Positions 1 through 13,222 of a stretch of DNA of 64,000 nt are shown in pieces (position 1 is the first letter of the stretch; each line of letters opens with the position of its first letter). Origin of the DNA: the human T2T-CHM13v2.0 reference genome, Homo sapiens. A model generated the notes under the pieces. The model saw nothing but the letters and a program-made list of their open reading frames with translations, had not been told where the DNA came from and ran no database searches. The DNA lies in NCBI RefSeq assembly GCF_009914755.1, contig NC_060937.1; one strand, 5' to 3'. The position numbers were made by a program, and so were the translations under genes.

Positions 1-196
1 ATAATTATATATCATGCTTGACTTTCCTTGCATATAATATGAATTTTTTTTCTTATTCTCTATGGTAACTGCTAAAATATTTCAAGCTTATTTCTTTTCT
101 CTCTTAAGTACATATCTAGTTTTCTGGGGCAGGAGGAATCTGGAAATATACAAAGGCAGAGTTAGTACAGGAAGTTTAGGTTAAAAGAAACATACA

Positions 197-408
197 CAGT
201 CATCCTTCAGTACATGCAGGGGATTGATTCCAGGACTCCCATGTATACCTGTGCATACTCTGTGGAAGGTAGATAGGGAAAGTCAGCCCTCAGTATATGT
301 GGGCTTAGCATCCCATGAATTCTGTATTTTTCAACATGTTTGGTTGAAAAAAATCTGTGCATATGTGGACACCTGCAGTTCAAACCCACCTTGTTCAAGG
401 GTCAACTA
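197..408 (+). mobile_element. MER8-like non-autonomous Tigger (TcMar) DNA transposon
   Basis: Starts CAGTCATCCTTCAGTA..GGGGATTGATTCCAGGAC and ends CAGTTCAAACCCACCTTGTTCAAGGGTCAACTA followed by TA; resembles recalled MER8 consensus with CpG decay. Confidence 0.8.
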
Positions 409-2317
409 TATTTCAAGCTTCATCTCTCAAAATCCTCTCCACATTTCAACCACATTGAGTCCATTTGCTTTTTCCTGAAACATATATACATTGTTACACC
501 CTGTGACTTTCATGGTGCCCTTTATTCAACAGGGAATGTCTGTCTTCCCCTTTCATTCTCAGACTATTGATCCTCATTCATCCTTTATTGTCAGCTCCAA
601 ATCCACCTCCAGCACGACGTTTTCCCTACTCATCCACAACATAATCAAGTGTTTCTGTTTCAGCTAGCAAATAGCTGCCCACTAACTTTTCAAAGAGAGT
701 GTATGCAAGTGAATTTTTTTTATTTTTAAAAAACTTCATGGTTTTTACATTTATACAACACCCAAAATTATTCTTTTTCATCAGGCTACCACTTCTGTGG
801 TCACTATCTGCTGGAATGGTTCCTTTCCTGAAATTTAGCCATAAGGTAAATCGATTGTCCTAAAACAGCAAGAAACCCCATGCTAGCTGATTGAAAATAC
901 CAGGATCTAGCAGACAGCTCAGCAGGAAAGCATTTTGGTTCCTCTCCAGTCCTATCCTTGATTGGCTTTGCACCCATAGAAACAGGTCCCATAAGCATCC
1001 TAAGGGACATTAGATCACTGTCTCTGTGACTCTGCCTAGCCACCTGGGAAAGGAGAAAGCCTTCTAGAGAAGTCTGCAAAGCCATGGCTAGGGGGTAGAG
1101 TTGATGGATGACAACCAGCTAAGCTGACCTAGCAACACACTTTCTACTTCTCCAGGACGGTTTTCCCATGCTATCATATATGACCCAATTAGGTCTGTGC
1201 TTTTGCTCAAATTATTTGCTTCTGAATGTATTTAGAAAAGTATAATGTTCATTTGCTTTTGCTTCTATCAGTAAAGAATACTTACTCATTTAGAGCTCTA
1301 TTTGGTTGGTGCTGATCATATTTGATAACATTCACAGAATAACTTGTTTATATTCATTTTCTCATTTCTTCCAACCCATAATAACTCCTTGGGGAGGGAC
1401 AACATCTGCTCCTTTGAGATGAATAGCTTCAGCCTTCTGGATGGTTTCTCCAGGCTTCAGACTCCAGGGAGATCAGCACTCCCCAGTTCTTTTGAATTCC
1501 CCAGATTTCTGCACAGAAGTTTATGGAAAACAGAATTGTAATGCTGAGGTGTTAGCTATCAGAAACCTGTGAAAGAGAAAAAAAATGAGCCTAAGAGAAG
1601 ATATTGAAAAAGAAAAAGAAACAAGGAAGATTTACAAAAGATTTCAAAGACCTTTAAAATCAATAGTAAATTACCTCCTCAGGGATTAAAAATTCTATAA
1701 TGAATATTAAATTTCTTCTGCTTCCAAGTATTTAGTGTCTTTACTGTTAAAATATTAATATTTTGCTTTCCTAGAATGAGATTAACTTTTAAATTCCAGG
1801 CATTTAGATTTAGAATTCAATACACAGCTTATTAAAGTGTGGGAAGTGTTAATATAATTCTCTAATGTTCTTATAACTATGTCCCAAAGCCCTAGAGCAC
1901 ATATGCTATATGGGCCAATTAATATCCAAATTTCATAATGTATGTCATCACCATAGGCAATTAGAATTTAAAAAAAAATGATTCCCTTTCTGATGCTAAC
2001 ATGACATTGGACATTTAACAAACATTCATTGAGGGCCTACTGAGAGTGGAAAGAGGGTAGGGAGAGGGGTAAGGATAGGGATGAGAATGCAAGTAAGGGG
2101 AGGGGAAGCAAGGAAATGACCAAAACACGGTACAGGTTGAGTACCCCTTATCTGAAATGCTTGGGACAAAACGTGTTTAGGATTTTGGATTTCTTCAGAT
2201 TTCAGAATATTTGCGTATACATGAGATATCTTGGGGATGGGACCCAAATATAAACACAAAATTTGTTTATGTTTCATATTAGACCTATACACACAGCCTG
2301 AAAGTAATTTTGTACAA

Positions 2318-2752
<435 letters not shown>

Positions 2753-2926
2753 TAATTTATATGCTACTGATAAGCAATCATTTTCTTACACTTATTCACA
2801 CATAAGTACTTAACAGAAAAAAAAAGATTTACCATTATTACAGTTAGAAAAAATGTGTTCAGTGTAACTAAGCAGCACAGGAGCATCATCAGAATACCTG
2901 TATCAGCTGTTAAACCAGCAGCAACA

Positions 2927-3238
2927 GACCTGGTGTGGTGGCTTGTGCCTGTAATCCCAGCACTTTGGGAGGCCGAGGCAGGTGGACCACTTGAGATCAG
3001 GAGTTTGAGACTCGCCTGGCCAACTTGGTGAAACCCCATCTCTACTAAAAATACAAACATTAGCTGGGCATGGTGGCATGCTCCTGTAATCCCAGCTATT
3101 CAGAAGGCTGAGGCAGGAGAATAGCTTGAACCTGGAAGGCAGAGGTTGGCTGCAGTGAGTCAAGATTGTGCCACTGCACTCCAGCCTGGTGACAGAGCAA
3201 GACGCTGTCTCAAACAAAAAAGAAAAGAAAAAAAAAAA
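2927..3238 (+). mobile_element. Alu (AluS-type) inserted in Tigger4
   Basis: Full dimer with A tail; near-TSD AGCAGCAACA/AGCAACAACA. Confidence 0.95.
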
Positions 3239-3334
3239 GCAACAACAGATGAACAGTAGGCTTTCAGTCTCCACGTATGGTGCTGTATTTTGATTTAAAG
3301 GTTACCAAACATTATATTTTACTTTTTTAAATGA

Positions 3335-3709
<375 letters not shown>

Positions 3710-3724
3710 TCTGCTAGGTGGCTT

Positions 3725-5210
3725 TTTAAAATGTTTCCTCTGGAGTCATCTGCCTCATTAGCATTGGTTTTTGTCCAGAAGTCTCTCTTTGATTTTATAA
3801 CTGGCATGATTTCTTGCTTTGTTATGAGTGCACCCTGCTCTAGTCCTTCAACAAATAAGCCCATCACACATTTTCACCATGTCATCTAGAGGCGTGAGCC
3901 ACCGTGCCTGGCCCTGTGTCTTTAGTCACTGTGTTCCAAGCCTTGGAAACAGCATATACAGCATCCTTCATGCCAAACTCCTTTTAAAAACCTTCTACTC
4001 TCATGCCTCTGTTCAGTGCTGCTAGTATGCTTTCCAAGAAAGTGTTCTTATAATTACTCTTCATTTGATATTTGGTTACATAGCTGAATTAATGAAGTCA
4101 CATTTTTGGGGAAAGTATATGTCATAAATGATATTTTTTATGAGAATTTCAGCAGGAGAATGAGCAGGACAGTGGTCAAGGAATAACAATATCTTGCAGT
4201 AGTCATTGAGTCCAGCTTTTCTGCAGTGAGCACTAGCCAACCACTGGTACAAAATGTTTGTGATACTAGTCAGAAAAGACGTCCCTGGCGATCCATGCCT
4301 TTTTGTTAGCATAATAATGGACTAGTAAGAAATTCATTTCTTGAAAACAGCCAAGGATGCAGGCTTTTGCCTATCACAGCAAGTTTACCCTTATGCGTGC
4401 TGGCTGCATTAGCACATCCCTGCAGTTATTCCGTCCTTGGCATCCTTAATTCCTGTAGGGGCTGTCTCATTAGCTGCAGTCACTGTCTTTCTGGGGCAAT
4501 AATACTAAAGCAGTGATGTTTCATCAGCATTACAGACTTGTTCTGACGTCAGATTTTAATCAGCCATGACCTTGGCAAACTCATCAATGAATTTCTCTGC
4601 TGGGGAGAATTGCTTGAACCTGGGAGGCAGAGGTTTCACTGAGCCGAGATCTCGCCATTGCACTCCAGCCTGGGTGACAAGAGCTAGACTCCGTCTCAAA
4701 AAAAAAAAAAAAAAAATTTTATCTGCTGCCTCATGATCAGCAGATGCTTTATTACAACTAAAATCTTTAACAATTTAATGCTGTGTTTTTTCTTAAATTT
4801 CTTCAGACCGTTGAATATCACAGTTCCCTTCAGTTTTCAGTTCATCATGAATAGTTCTTTTCTTGTTTCATGATCAGTATACCATTAAGTGGCATGTGTT
4901 CACTGCGAAGCTGACACATCCACTCTTTCAATACATGATCAAAATCTGCATTTTTAGCTTTATGCAATGTTTTCCCATGTTTCATTAACTTCTATTCATC
5001 ACTTGCAGCATAGAACCTCAACAGTGTATCCTTCTGATTCTTCAGGTCATATATGATGGTCATTCCTACCCCATTCTCTTCTGTAAGATGTTTCACACAC
5101 CCTGTCCAGTTTCTCCAACAACTAATATTTCTGTGCTATAGATTAACATAAATGCTTCCTCTATTTCTTATCATTGTTACCCATGGGGTATCTCCAGGCC
5201 CTTTTGACAT
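3725..5210 (-). pseudogene. Degenerate pogo/Tigger (Jerky/CENP-B-like) DDE transposase of the Tigger4 copy
   Basis: Manual minus-strand translation: MSK from 5210, LLEKLD..GVGMTIIYDLKNQK (HTH region), NADET at 4517-4531, KILLFLDHCPAH (ORF 4076..4312), VTSLIQLCNQ, MKDAVYAVSKAWNTVTKDT; many stops and frameshifts. Confidence 0.88.
4604..4716 (+). mobile_element. 5'-truncated Alu (3' part of right arm) in the transposase
   Basis: GGAGAATTGCTTGAACCTGGGAGG..ACTCCGTCTC-A tail; near-TSD AATTTCTCTGCTG/AATTTTATCTGCTG. Confidence 0.9.
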
Positions 5211-6399
5211 TTTAAATAATATTTTTATACCATGGAGCAGAAAATAAGCAAACAAACAAACAAAAAAACACAGTGAGCAATGCACTTGACCCAATGTGGG
5301 GCATCGTGGGGAACCTGCCATTGGAGAGTCCAGCCTGCACATGTGCCATTTTATTATCCTATGTGGGTGTGCCTGCATAGGGAAATCTGCATGTGCATGA
5401 AAAAAAATATCACAGCTGATGCAGGGGTCTTCTTTCCCTTGGGGACACTAAGTAAACTGTGTGTTGTATACCTGTGTCTTGACTGTGACCCATCACATAG
5501 GGTCAGGAATGGAATCTTCACTTATGCCATCAGGTCAGTGCTCAAAAACATTCAGATTTTGGAGCATCTCAGATTTTGGATTTTTTGATTAGGAATGCTC
5601 ACCTGTACCTGTGTTCAAAAGGTGTTTATAATCCCATGAGGGATGGAAGGATGAATGGATGTAAAGGAAGGTGCCCTCAGTATGCTGACATTTGTATACT
5701 GACAATAGAAGTAGGTAGCCTCCTGTTTTTACATTGTAGAGTCACTTTTTATGAAACCTGGAATCCAGGGCTTTGTTGAACAGACTCAATTGAAGAGCTA
5801 AGACTTGTAGCTAAGTTTTTTTCCCTAGGGCTTGTAATGTTTCTAGCTCCCAATCAAAACACAGAAAGACTCCAAGTGAAAAAACAGGTTTCACTTGCTA
5901 CTGCTTAGAGAGCTTTTTTAGCTCAAGAGTTCTTTGCACTTATAAGGAAGCTTTACAACTCAAAAGGTTGACAATATTGAGAATATAGGATCCAAGGTCA
6001 GTAGATGGAGTTTCATCCAACCTCCGTCTCTTAGAAGACATACAGCCTTGAGCACAACCCCTTCACCTCTCTGAGCTTCAAAGGAGGCAATGCACAAAAA
6101 CCGTTTATACATACCACAAAGGTAGAAACAAAAGTCAGTTGGTGTTACCATTGTTTGCTTATATGATGATGACTGAGACCATTAACCAAAATCACACACT
6201 ACACCAGGGATAGAAATGACCCAGAAGGAATAGAAAATTTACTTCCTAATTAGCCTGTGCCTCTTTAACTGAGCTCTAGTCCACAGTTCTACTCTGTCCT
6301 GTAACTGTCCAGCTTCACTTCCTGTCACACCTCTCACACTCAGCCACTTTGGCCACTGCTGAAACATTACACATCCTTCAGCCCCTTTATGATTGTCTT

Positions 6400-6578
6400 A
6401 GCACCTTAAACCTGCACTTCGTTTACCTCCCTAGAGTGACACCTTATTATATTATAAACTGTCCCCTCAATAGACTGGGAACTCCTTGATGACAGAGATC
6501 ATGCATTATTTATCTTTGTACCCATGTCAGAGTAATTTGATAAACATGGATGTGGATTGTTGAATGAATGGATGGATG
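6400..6578 (+). mobile_element. L2 LINE 3' end fragment
   Basis: TAGACTGGGAACTCCTTGATGACAGAGATCATG..TGTTGAATGAATGGATGG, typical L2 terminus. Confidence 0.6.
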
Positions 6579-6582
6579 CTAG

Positions 6583-7083
<501 letters not shown>

Positions 7084-7099
7084 AATACATTTTTAAACA

Positions 7100-7310
7100 T
7101 CAGAATTATTGAGATACTGTTCACATTCCATAAAGTTCAGCCCTTTAAAATGTACAATTCAGTGGTTTTTAGAATATTCAGAGCTGTGCATCCATTCCCA
7201 CTATCAAATTGCAGAACATTCTCATCACCCTAAGAGAGTCCCATCCATTAGCAATCACTCCCCAGCCCTCCCACCCCAACAACCACTAATCTACTTTCTA
7301 TCTCTATATT
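7100..7310 (-). mobile_element. L1MB-like LINE 3' end fragment
   Basis: TTGAGATA..TAAAATGTACAATTCAGTGGTTTTTAG..AACCACTAATCTACTTTCTATCTCTAT. Confidence 0.75.
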
Positions 7311-7904
7311 TTTAATTGATTGTTTGCTATACAGTATACATAGCATTACATATGAGAATGCAACTCTTCTCTGGACAGAAAAGAAATAAACGCTGAGGCA
7401 GCTTTGATTTAGCATTGAAATACAGAATCAATCTGTAACCAGCTCTATGACCTTGGACAAGTTGTTTAACTGGATTTAGTTTCTTCATAAGATAAAGAAG
7501 TCTAGAGGTGTGTAAGGACACCTTCAGGTTAAAAAACAAGCAAAAACAAAAAAGCCTTGGTGACAATTCCAGTGCTTCACCCTAGACAGCCTTTCCTGGG
7601 CTTCCGTGAGAAACGAATTTATACAAATAAGATTTCACACCACAGCTGCCGCGGCCACTGCCCTCCCCGCGCAGAGCTCTAGAGATGTTTTCTCTTTTTC
7701 TTTTCTTTCTGGCCGTCTATTTATCTCTGGGCTGGCAAGGAGAGGGAGAACTGCAGCGCCCAGGAGCGGAGGCCGAGCGCGCCGGTGCCCGCAGGAAGCC
7801 TCGCCCAGCGCGGACCGCACCCTCCCGCGACGCCCCTGGAGAAGCCGCCAGTCTCTGGGCCGCCAGCAGCGCGCGCCCCCGGCGTGGGAGGAGCGCGGCG
7901 AGCA

Positions 7905-7993
7905 GGGGCGGGGCCAGTGACTCCCGCAGCCAATCGGGGTGGCGGCGCGTCCTTGGAGGGTCCGCAGCTCGCCCGGCGCGCACGGGGCGGGGC
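7905..7993 (+). promoter_or_regulatory. Proximal promoter motifs: GC box (7905-7913), CCAAT box (7930-7934), GC box (7984-7993)
   Basis: GGGGCGGGG, AGCCAATCGG (NF-Y-like), GGGGCGGGGC; no TATA; typical CCAAT spacing would put the TSS near 8000-8050. Confidence 0.75.
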
Positions 7994-8029
7994 TCCGCTT
8001 GACCGTGGCGGTCGCCGGGCAGCAGAGCC

Positions 8030-8202
8030 CGGGCGCAGCGAGCGCAGCGCAGCGCAGGGAGCGCAGGCGGTGGCGGCACCAGGTTCCCGGGGCTCCAGCG
8101 CTCGGCGCAGCGAAGTAGCCTCCGGCGGTGGCAACTACGGCGGCGGCGCCGGGGCGATGCTGTGGGTCTCGTTGGGCGCCGGTGTCCTGGCCTCTTCCTC
8201 AG
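8030..8202 (+). other. Putative first exon (5' UTR or short ORF) of a gene with a very long intron 1
   Basis: Lies downstream of the GC/CCAAT boxes; candidate donor CAG|GTACCC at 8202/8203 followed by G-run-rich sequence typical of a first-intron start; alternative donors near 8252 and 8290; boundaries inferred. Confidence 0.45.
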
Positions 8203-9479
8203 GTACCCAGCCCCGCTTGCCCCTCGCCCCGGGGAACCGCAGCGCCCGGGAGGTAGCTTTGTGAGGCTGTGGGCTCGCTGCCGGGGAGTGGGTGGGTGGG
8301 GCCGGGCGGGGCTGTGCGGTCTGGGCCGCCTTCCCTCGGAGGAAGAGGGTGGGGACCGAGGGAAGCGGGCGGGGGTGGGAGCGCTGTCTCCGGGCCGCCG
8401 CTGATGGCATCCCAGGGCTCCGTCCTCCTCCTGCCTCCATGTGGGTTGAAAGAGGTTTTGTTCCAGGAGAAAGTTTGATGCCTAGACTTGAGGAGCCAAA
8501 TTCGGGGGTCCCTGAGGTCCGCGCCTTTAAAGAGGCAGCCCGCCCTGCCGTGTGAGCCCGTGCCCTGCGTGTGGGCACGTGGGAACCCGTACCTGAGCAG
8601 CATTCCTGACACGGGACCTTCCTTGAGAAAATTCCCCTGTGGAAGAATCCCCCTTGGGGAGGGGGCTTTGTGGAGATGGCACCCAGAGCCCGCCCAGTGT
8701 GGGTTTTGCTTGAAAACAGTGCAGCAGGTAGTCAATGCCCCCTTGTTATCTTCCCGTAGAATGGACTCGACCAAGATCTATGCTCTAAGAGCTTCAAAAA
8801 TTAAATCTACCTTGCCATCTAATTAATCATCCCCAAACACTAGTGTGTTCAAGGTGCCAATAATTACTCTGTCGATTCTTTAATATTTTCTTATTGCCCA
8901 TACTTTCAGTTGGCTTTTGCAGTTTTGGAAAGGGTGCTGTGGAGCATACCAAAGTGGGTAGAAGTTATGGCTCACCTCTCAGGGTGATAGCCCAGTGCAA
9001 AAAAATACAGAACACATGCCTGTCCACTCGAAGATAGGAGAAGGTTTCAGCCTTCAAAGCAAGATAGATTAGGTGGGGGTTATTTGCTTTACAAAACTTC
9101 CTCCAGTGCAGAGAAGTGATGCTTAGAGTTAAAACTGAGTTTTACACAAGTTTGTAGGAACACATCTATCATAAAGCGGCTCAGGGTAGAGGTAGTGACA
9201 GGTAGAGGTAGATATCGCATAGTCTTGCCATTAAGCAAATCTAAAAAAATGCATGTTAAATTCTGCATCATTCTCACTGATCACACGTGGATGCTCACAT
9301 TTACATTTTTCCTTTCTTATCAAGATGTATTCCTACCATAAGACAACTTCATAATTCCCTCAAAACACCTTAGCCAAGGCCATTTTGTGGTCCATATAAT
9401 TTACCCCATGCTAAAAAACGTATCTGTAAAAACATTTACATTTAAGGGAATTTCCCTAGTGGTGACACAGTAGTGTCCA

Positions 9480-9695
9480 TACATTGAGCACATTTTATTC
9501 ACCAGACACATTACTAGGTGTGGACGTATATTAATACTTTAATTCTTGCAATCACTCTAAGGAGGTATTATTATTAGTTTCCCTATTTTTGAATTTAAAG
9601 AGTTCAGGTAATTTTGCCAAGATTATTGGGCAAGTAAGTGATAGAGGCAGGATTTGAACCTGGATCTGTTTGACTCCCTGCCCATGCTCTATACT
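9480..9695 (-). mobile_element. MIR SINE
   Basis: GGTAATTTTGCCAAGAT..GTAAGTGATAGAGGCAGGATTTGAACCTGGATCTGTTTGACTCC. Confidence 0.7.
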
Positions 9696-11129
9696 GTCTC
9701 CCAGTTCTTCTTGAGAGTTGCCCTTATTGTAATGCAGTGGCAACATATGCTATCTCTACTGGCCTGGTGCATCAGACCCCTTTACAGAGTGTTTTCTCCC
9801 ACTGGGAACCCCCACTGTGTACATGTATACTGAAAGGCAACACTGGCGGTCTCCAGACTCTCCCCATCCCATCCCCAGCCTATAAATCAGATGGAAATAT
9901 CCAAACATGTAAACCCACCTCATTCTTTCAGATAAGTCGGCCCCAGAAGACAGGTAACCAAGTGTTTCCCGTACTGGCACTTAAAGAGCAGTCTCTATCT
10001 TCTCAACCATCCAAGTCTATTTTAGCTCTGCATATGGAAGTACACTCCATCAGTTGGCAACAACACATCCCCTGCAGCGTTCACACTGGCACACTCGTTC
10101 TCTTGTACCAACTGTCAGAGAATTTCTGACCCGGGCCAGGCTACCTAAAAGGAAAGACTGAAATGAAGTCGCTGGGGAAAATAGTATTAGTTCCAGGGAA
10201 TCCCTGAATTCTCCATGCAGGGCCCTAGGAACAGAAAGCAGGCCTTCTGCATAGTGGGAAATACCACGTATAAGGTGCAGTCTATTTTCAACACTATTGA
10301 AATACGTGTTCACCATATAAAACTACACCTGTTGTCTTGGTGATGGATGTAGCCACACGCCTATTCCTAATTTGATACTCACTTCTATGTTAAAGTAGTT
10401 GTTGCTTGGCTGAATGGTATCAAAAACTGATGTCACAATTGTGACAGTTTTGAAGCTGTGCCTAAAAAATTATTATAATCTACATCCATTGTTTTATAAT
10501 TTCTCTTCCCTAGAGTTGTGTGTGTGTGTACGTGTGTGTGTTCTCTTCCTTGGTATGATTTTTAACTGTCTCTGCTTCTAAAATAATTTGCAGTAGTAAG
10601 CTTTAAAAAAAGTTCATTTTTGAGCTGTGACCATATGCTGCCTGGAAACGTATCCTTATAGTTGGCATTTTACTCATGTTACTCTCGTGCTAAGAATCTC
10701 AAAGTCCCATATGCATGCTTTGAGATTTCAAATGGACCCTCCTGTCTAAGTATTTCACTCCATTCTTGGTAGCAGTAGTAAGGTTTGAGTTTCGAATACA
10801 GATCCAGCACCTCACTTCTAATATCTCTAAACTGCCAAAAATCAAAGTAGCACCAACTAAAGTTGGGAAAGAACATGAGGCTTTCTTATCACACTCTTAC
10901 GTCAGAATAGAAGGTGTTCCCAAAACATTGTTAGAAATAAGAGTGAATAGACTTTTTTAAGTGGCTAGTGATCTGCAAAACTATGCCAAATTATTGAAAT
11001 TGTAGTTTTTCTAAAGTTGTGCATTTGCAATATCTTATTAACTTAAAACTGTCCAGAATCAACAAACTTCCACTCTGTATGCTGTTCTCTTTCTAAAACT
11101 TCTTATTAACTAGCAATCCATCTTTATTT

Positions 11130-11843
11130 CTATATTTCATCAAATTAAAAATGCCATCAGTTGTAAGACATAGCATTATTTTTTCTGCTGTACACAAAGA
11201 GAAAATATTGCCAATTTTATTATGACACTCCACTTTAAGGATATTCTTCCATGATAAGGCATGAATAGGTCACACTAGTCTCGTTGCTTTCAAGTTTCCG
11301 TCATCTCTTCCTTGGGTTTCGGTACATTTTCCTGTCAGTGTTATTGGTAGCATTGCTTGGGGTGTGACGGTTCACTTGCATGAATCTCAGTAACAAACTG
11401 TAACATAGCTTCTTTAACTTTTGTGTTTCTTTATTCAGTCTGGTAAAGCATTTGGATCTTGCTTTGTAAAATGATATGGAAATGCCAAACAAAGACAAAT
11501 GTTTCCTCTAGTAATAGAACGTTTATGTCACACTGCTGTTTTGGTGCCTTCATGCATACACAGTAATGTCTCCTTGCAGTGCCAAATGATAGTGTAATCT
11601 TTTTGAAAACCATTTCAGTGGCAATTAAACAGAACACGTGCAGTGCCAACAATGCCCATAACTCAGTAGAAGTGAAAACAAAATGAATAGCTGTGACCAA
11701 GTTTATGCACGTGCAGGGACATGACAGTTGTGCTGTGAGTACTGCCAAGTTGTCAGTTATTTTAATATACCATAAATGTTAAGACATATCTTGATTTCAG
11801 GGATGTTAAAATGTGAAAAAGTAATCTTATCAATGAAATATGG
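11130..11843 (-). mobile_element. Kanga/MER104-type (TcMar-Tc2) DNA transposon deletion derivative
   Basis: Inverted termini CTATATTTCATCAA / TCAATGAAATATGG|TA; minus strand has TTTTCACATTTTAACATCCCTGAAATC and ATGGTTTTCAAAAAGATTACACTAT (transposase 5' remnant). Confidence 0.75.
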
Positions 11844-11924
11844 TAATCTGTGTTCACTTAGTTTCATGATCCCTAACCTGATTACATTTTTTATGTATTC
11901 ATTCATCCATACAGTCATTCATGG

Positions 11925-12060
11925 TGTTAGACTTCAAGCTGCAGGAGGGCAAGGACTTTTTCTATCTTTTGTTCTCTACTATATACCAATTGCTTAGGAC
12001 AGTCTGTTTTACATAGTAAACCTGCTCAATAAAATAGTTAGTAGAATTAGTGAGTAAATA
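11925..12060 (+). mobile_element. L2 LINE 3' end fragment
   Basis: TTAGACTTCAAGCTGCAGGAGGGCAAGGAC..CATAGTAAACCTGCTCAATAAAATAG. Confidence 0.6.
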
Positions 12061-13222
12061 TCCTCCATGGAAGCCGTGGAGACACATTGAGAAGCTCGCT
12101 ACCCTCCTGTTGGTTAGAATACATATTCTTAAAATTATGACACTGACAGGAATGCCAAACCTGAAAAAGGCGAAGCAGTCCTTGATTTAATTTACAGGGT
12201 CCTATTCCAAATATGCCATTACAAAGCTAGTTTAGGATAGAAGAAATTCCATTATATCTTTTATTCATCTTGATCACTGAAGGATTACGTAACAACTTAC
12301 ATCTTGGTTCTGTTGTATGGTCTAAAATCAATTTCTTGAACTCTATACTTAGTCCAATTTTACATACTTGTCCTATTGTACATTTAACATCTACCAGAAT
12401 TAACAGAGAAGTGTCTGTAGGCCTTTCTGAAGCAGAAACTCAGTGCTTGTGACCTTGCTTGGAAATACATCCCCAAGAATATATATATCTACTTAGGTAC
12501 ATTGCCCTAGAGTCCATTTTTTAACCCCCAAAATGGCCGTCTTTACATTTTGACATGTTATGAAGGAAAAGAGAAAGAAACCTTGCTGGGCAACACAGAT
12601 CTCCATCTGCCAGTGCCTCTGCTTCCTCACTGCTGCCGCCTGCTCAGGCAGAGCGCACTTTTAGACCAAGGACAGGATGCTAGATGAAGATGCCAGCAGA
12701 AGGAATGGCACAGAAACTAGCTTAGCACCCTCTCTGAAGCAGTCCCAGGATCTAAAGCCAATTAGCATAGCCCAAATAACCCCACACTCAGTGTAAGAGC
12801 TAGACCTGCAAAGACGCACCCAGCTTCCAATCCAGTGAAATGTGGGACCTCTGAACACGTATCTTACGAACTGAGGTCGCTAGTGGGTTCCAGCCTGCTA
12901 GCTTAGGGGAAGATGATGTGGGCAGAGTGTCATTACTGCCTGTCCCCAAGTACGGTGAAGCAGTGTGGCATGGTGGTGGGTGCTGTGAAGCGACATGGTA
13001 GATAGCTAGAGCTTGCTCTTTCATATAGTAGAAAATAATGGTTAATTAAATCTTTTTGGTTATTCAGTAAAGGAGCTTACAAGTGCTTTTATTAAGTATT
13101 GTTAACGTGGGCCAGACAAGGTAATGTAATGTAAACGACAAAAAGTTTAAAACTTGTTTACTGAGCGTAGAGGGTGGGATGAAAGAAAACCCAAATAATC
13201 TTAGCTGCCAATTCTATAATTA

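Larger units (their letters stand above)
7640..8600. promoter_or_regulatory. CpG island promoter of an unidentified gene
   Basis: Abrupt rise in GC content and CpG density against an AT-rich, CpG-poor background; only such island in the window. Confidence 0.93.

Noticed and set aside
7606-8826. Many overlapping 80-190 aa ORFs on both strands
   Set aside because: Stop codons are rare in a GC-rich CpG island; products are low-complexity Ala/Gly/Pro/Arg with no recognisable domain, and most lack an ATG start
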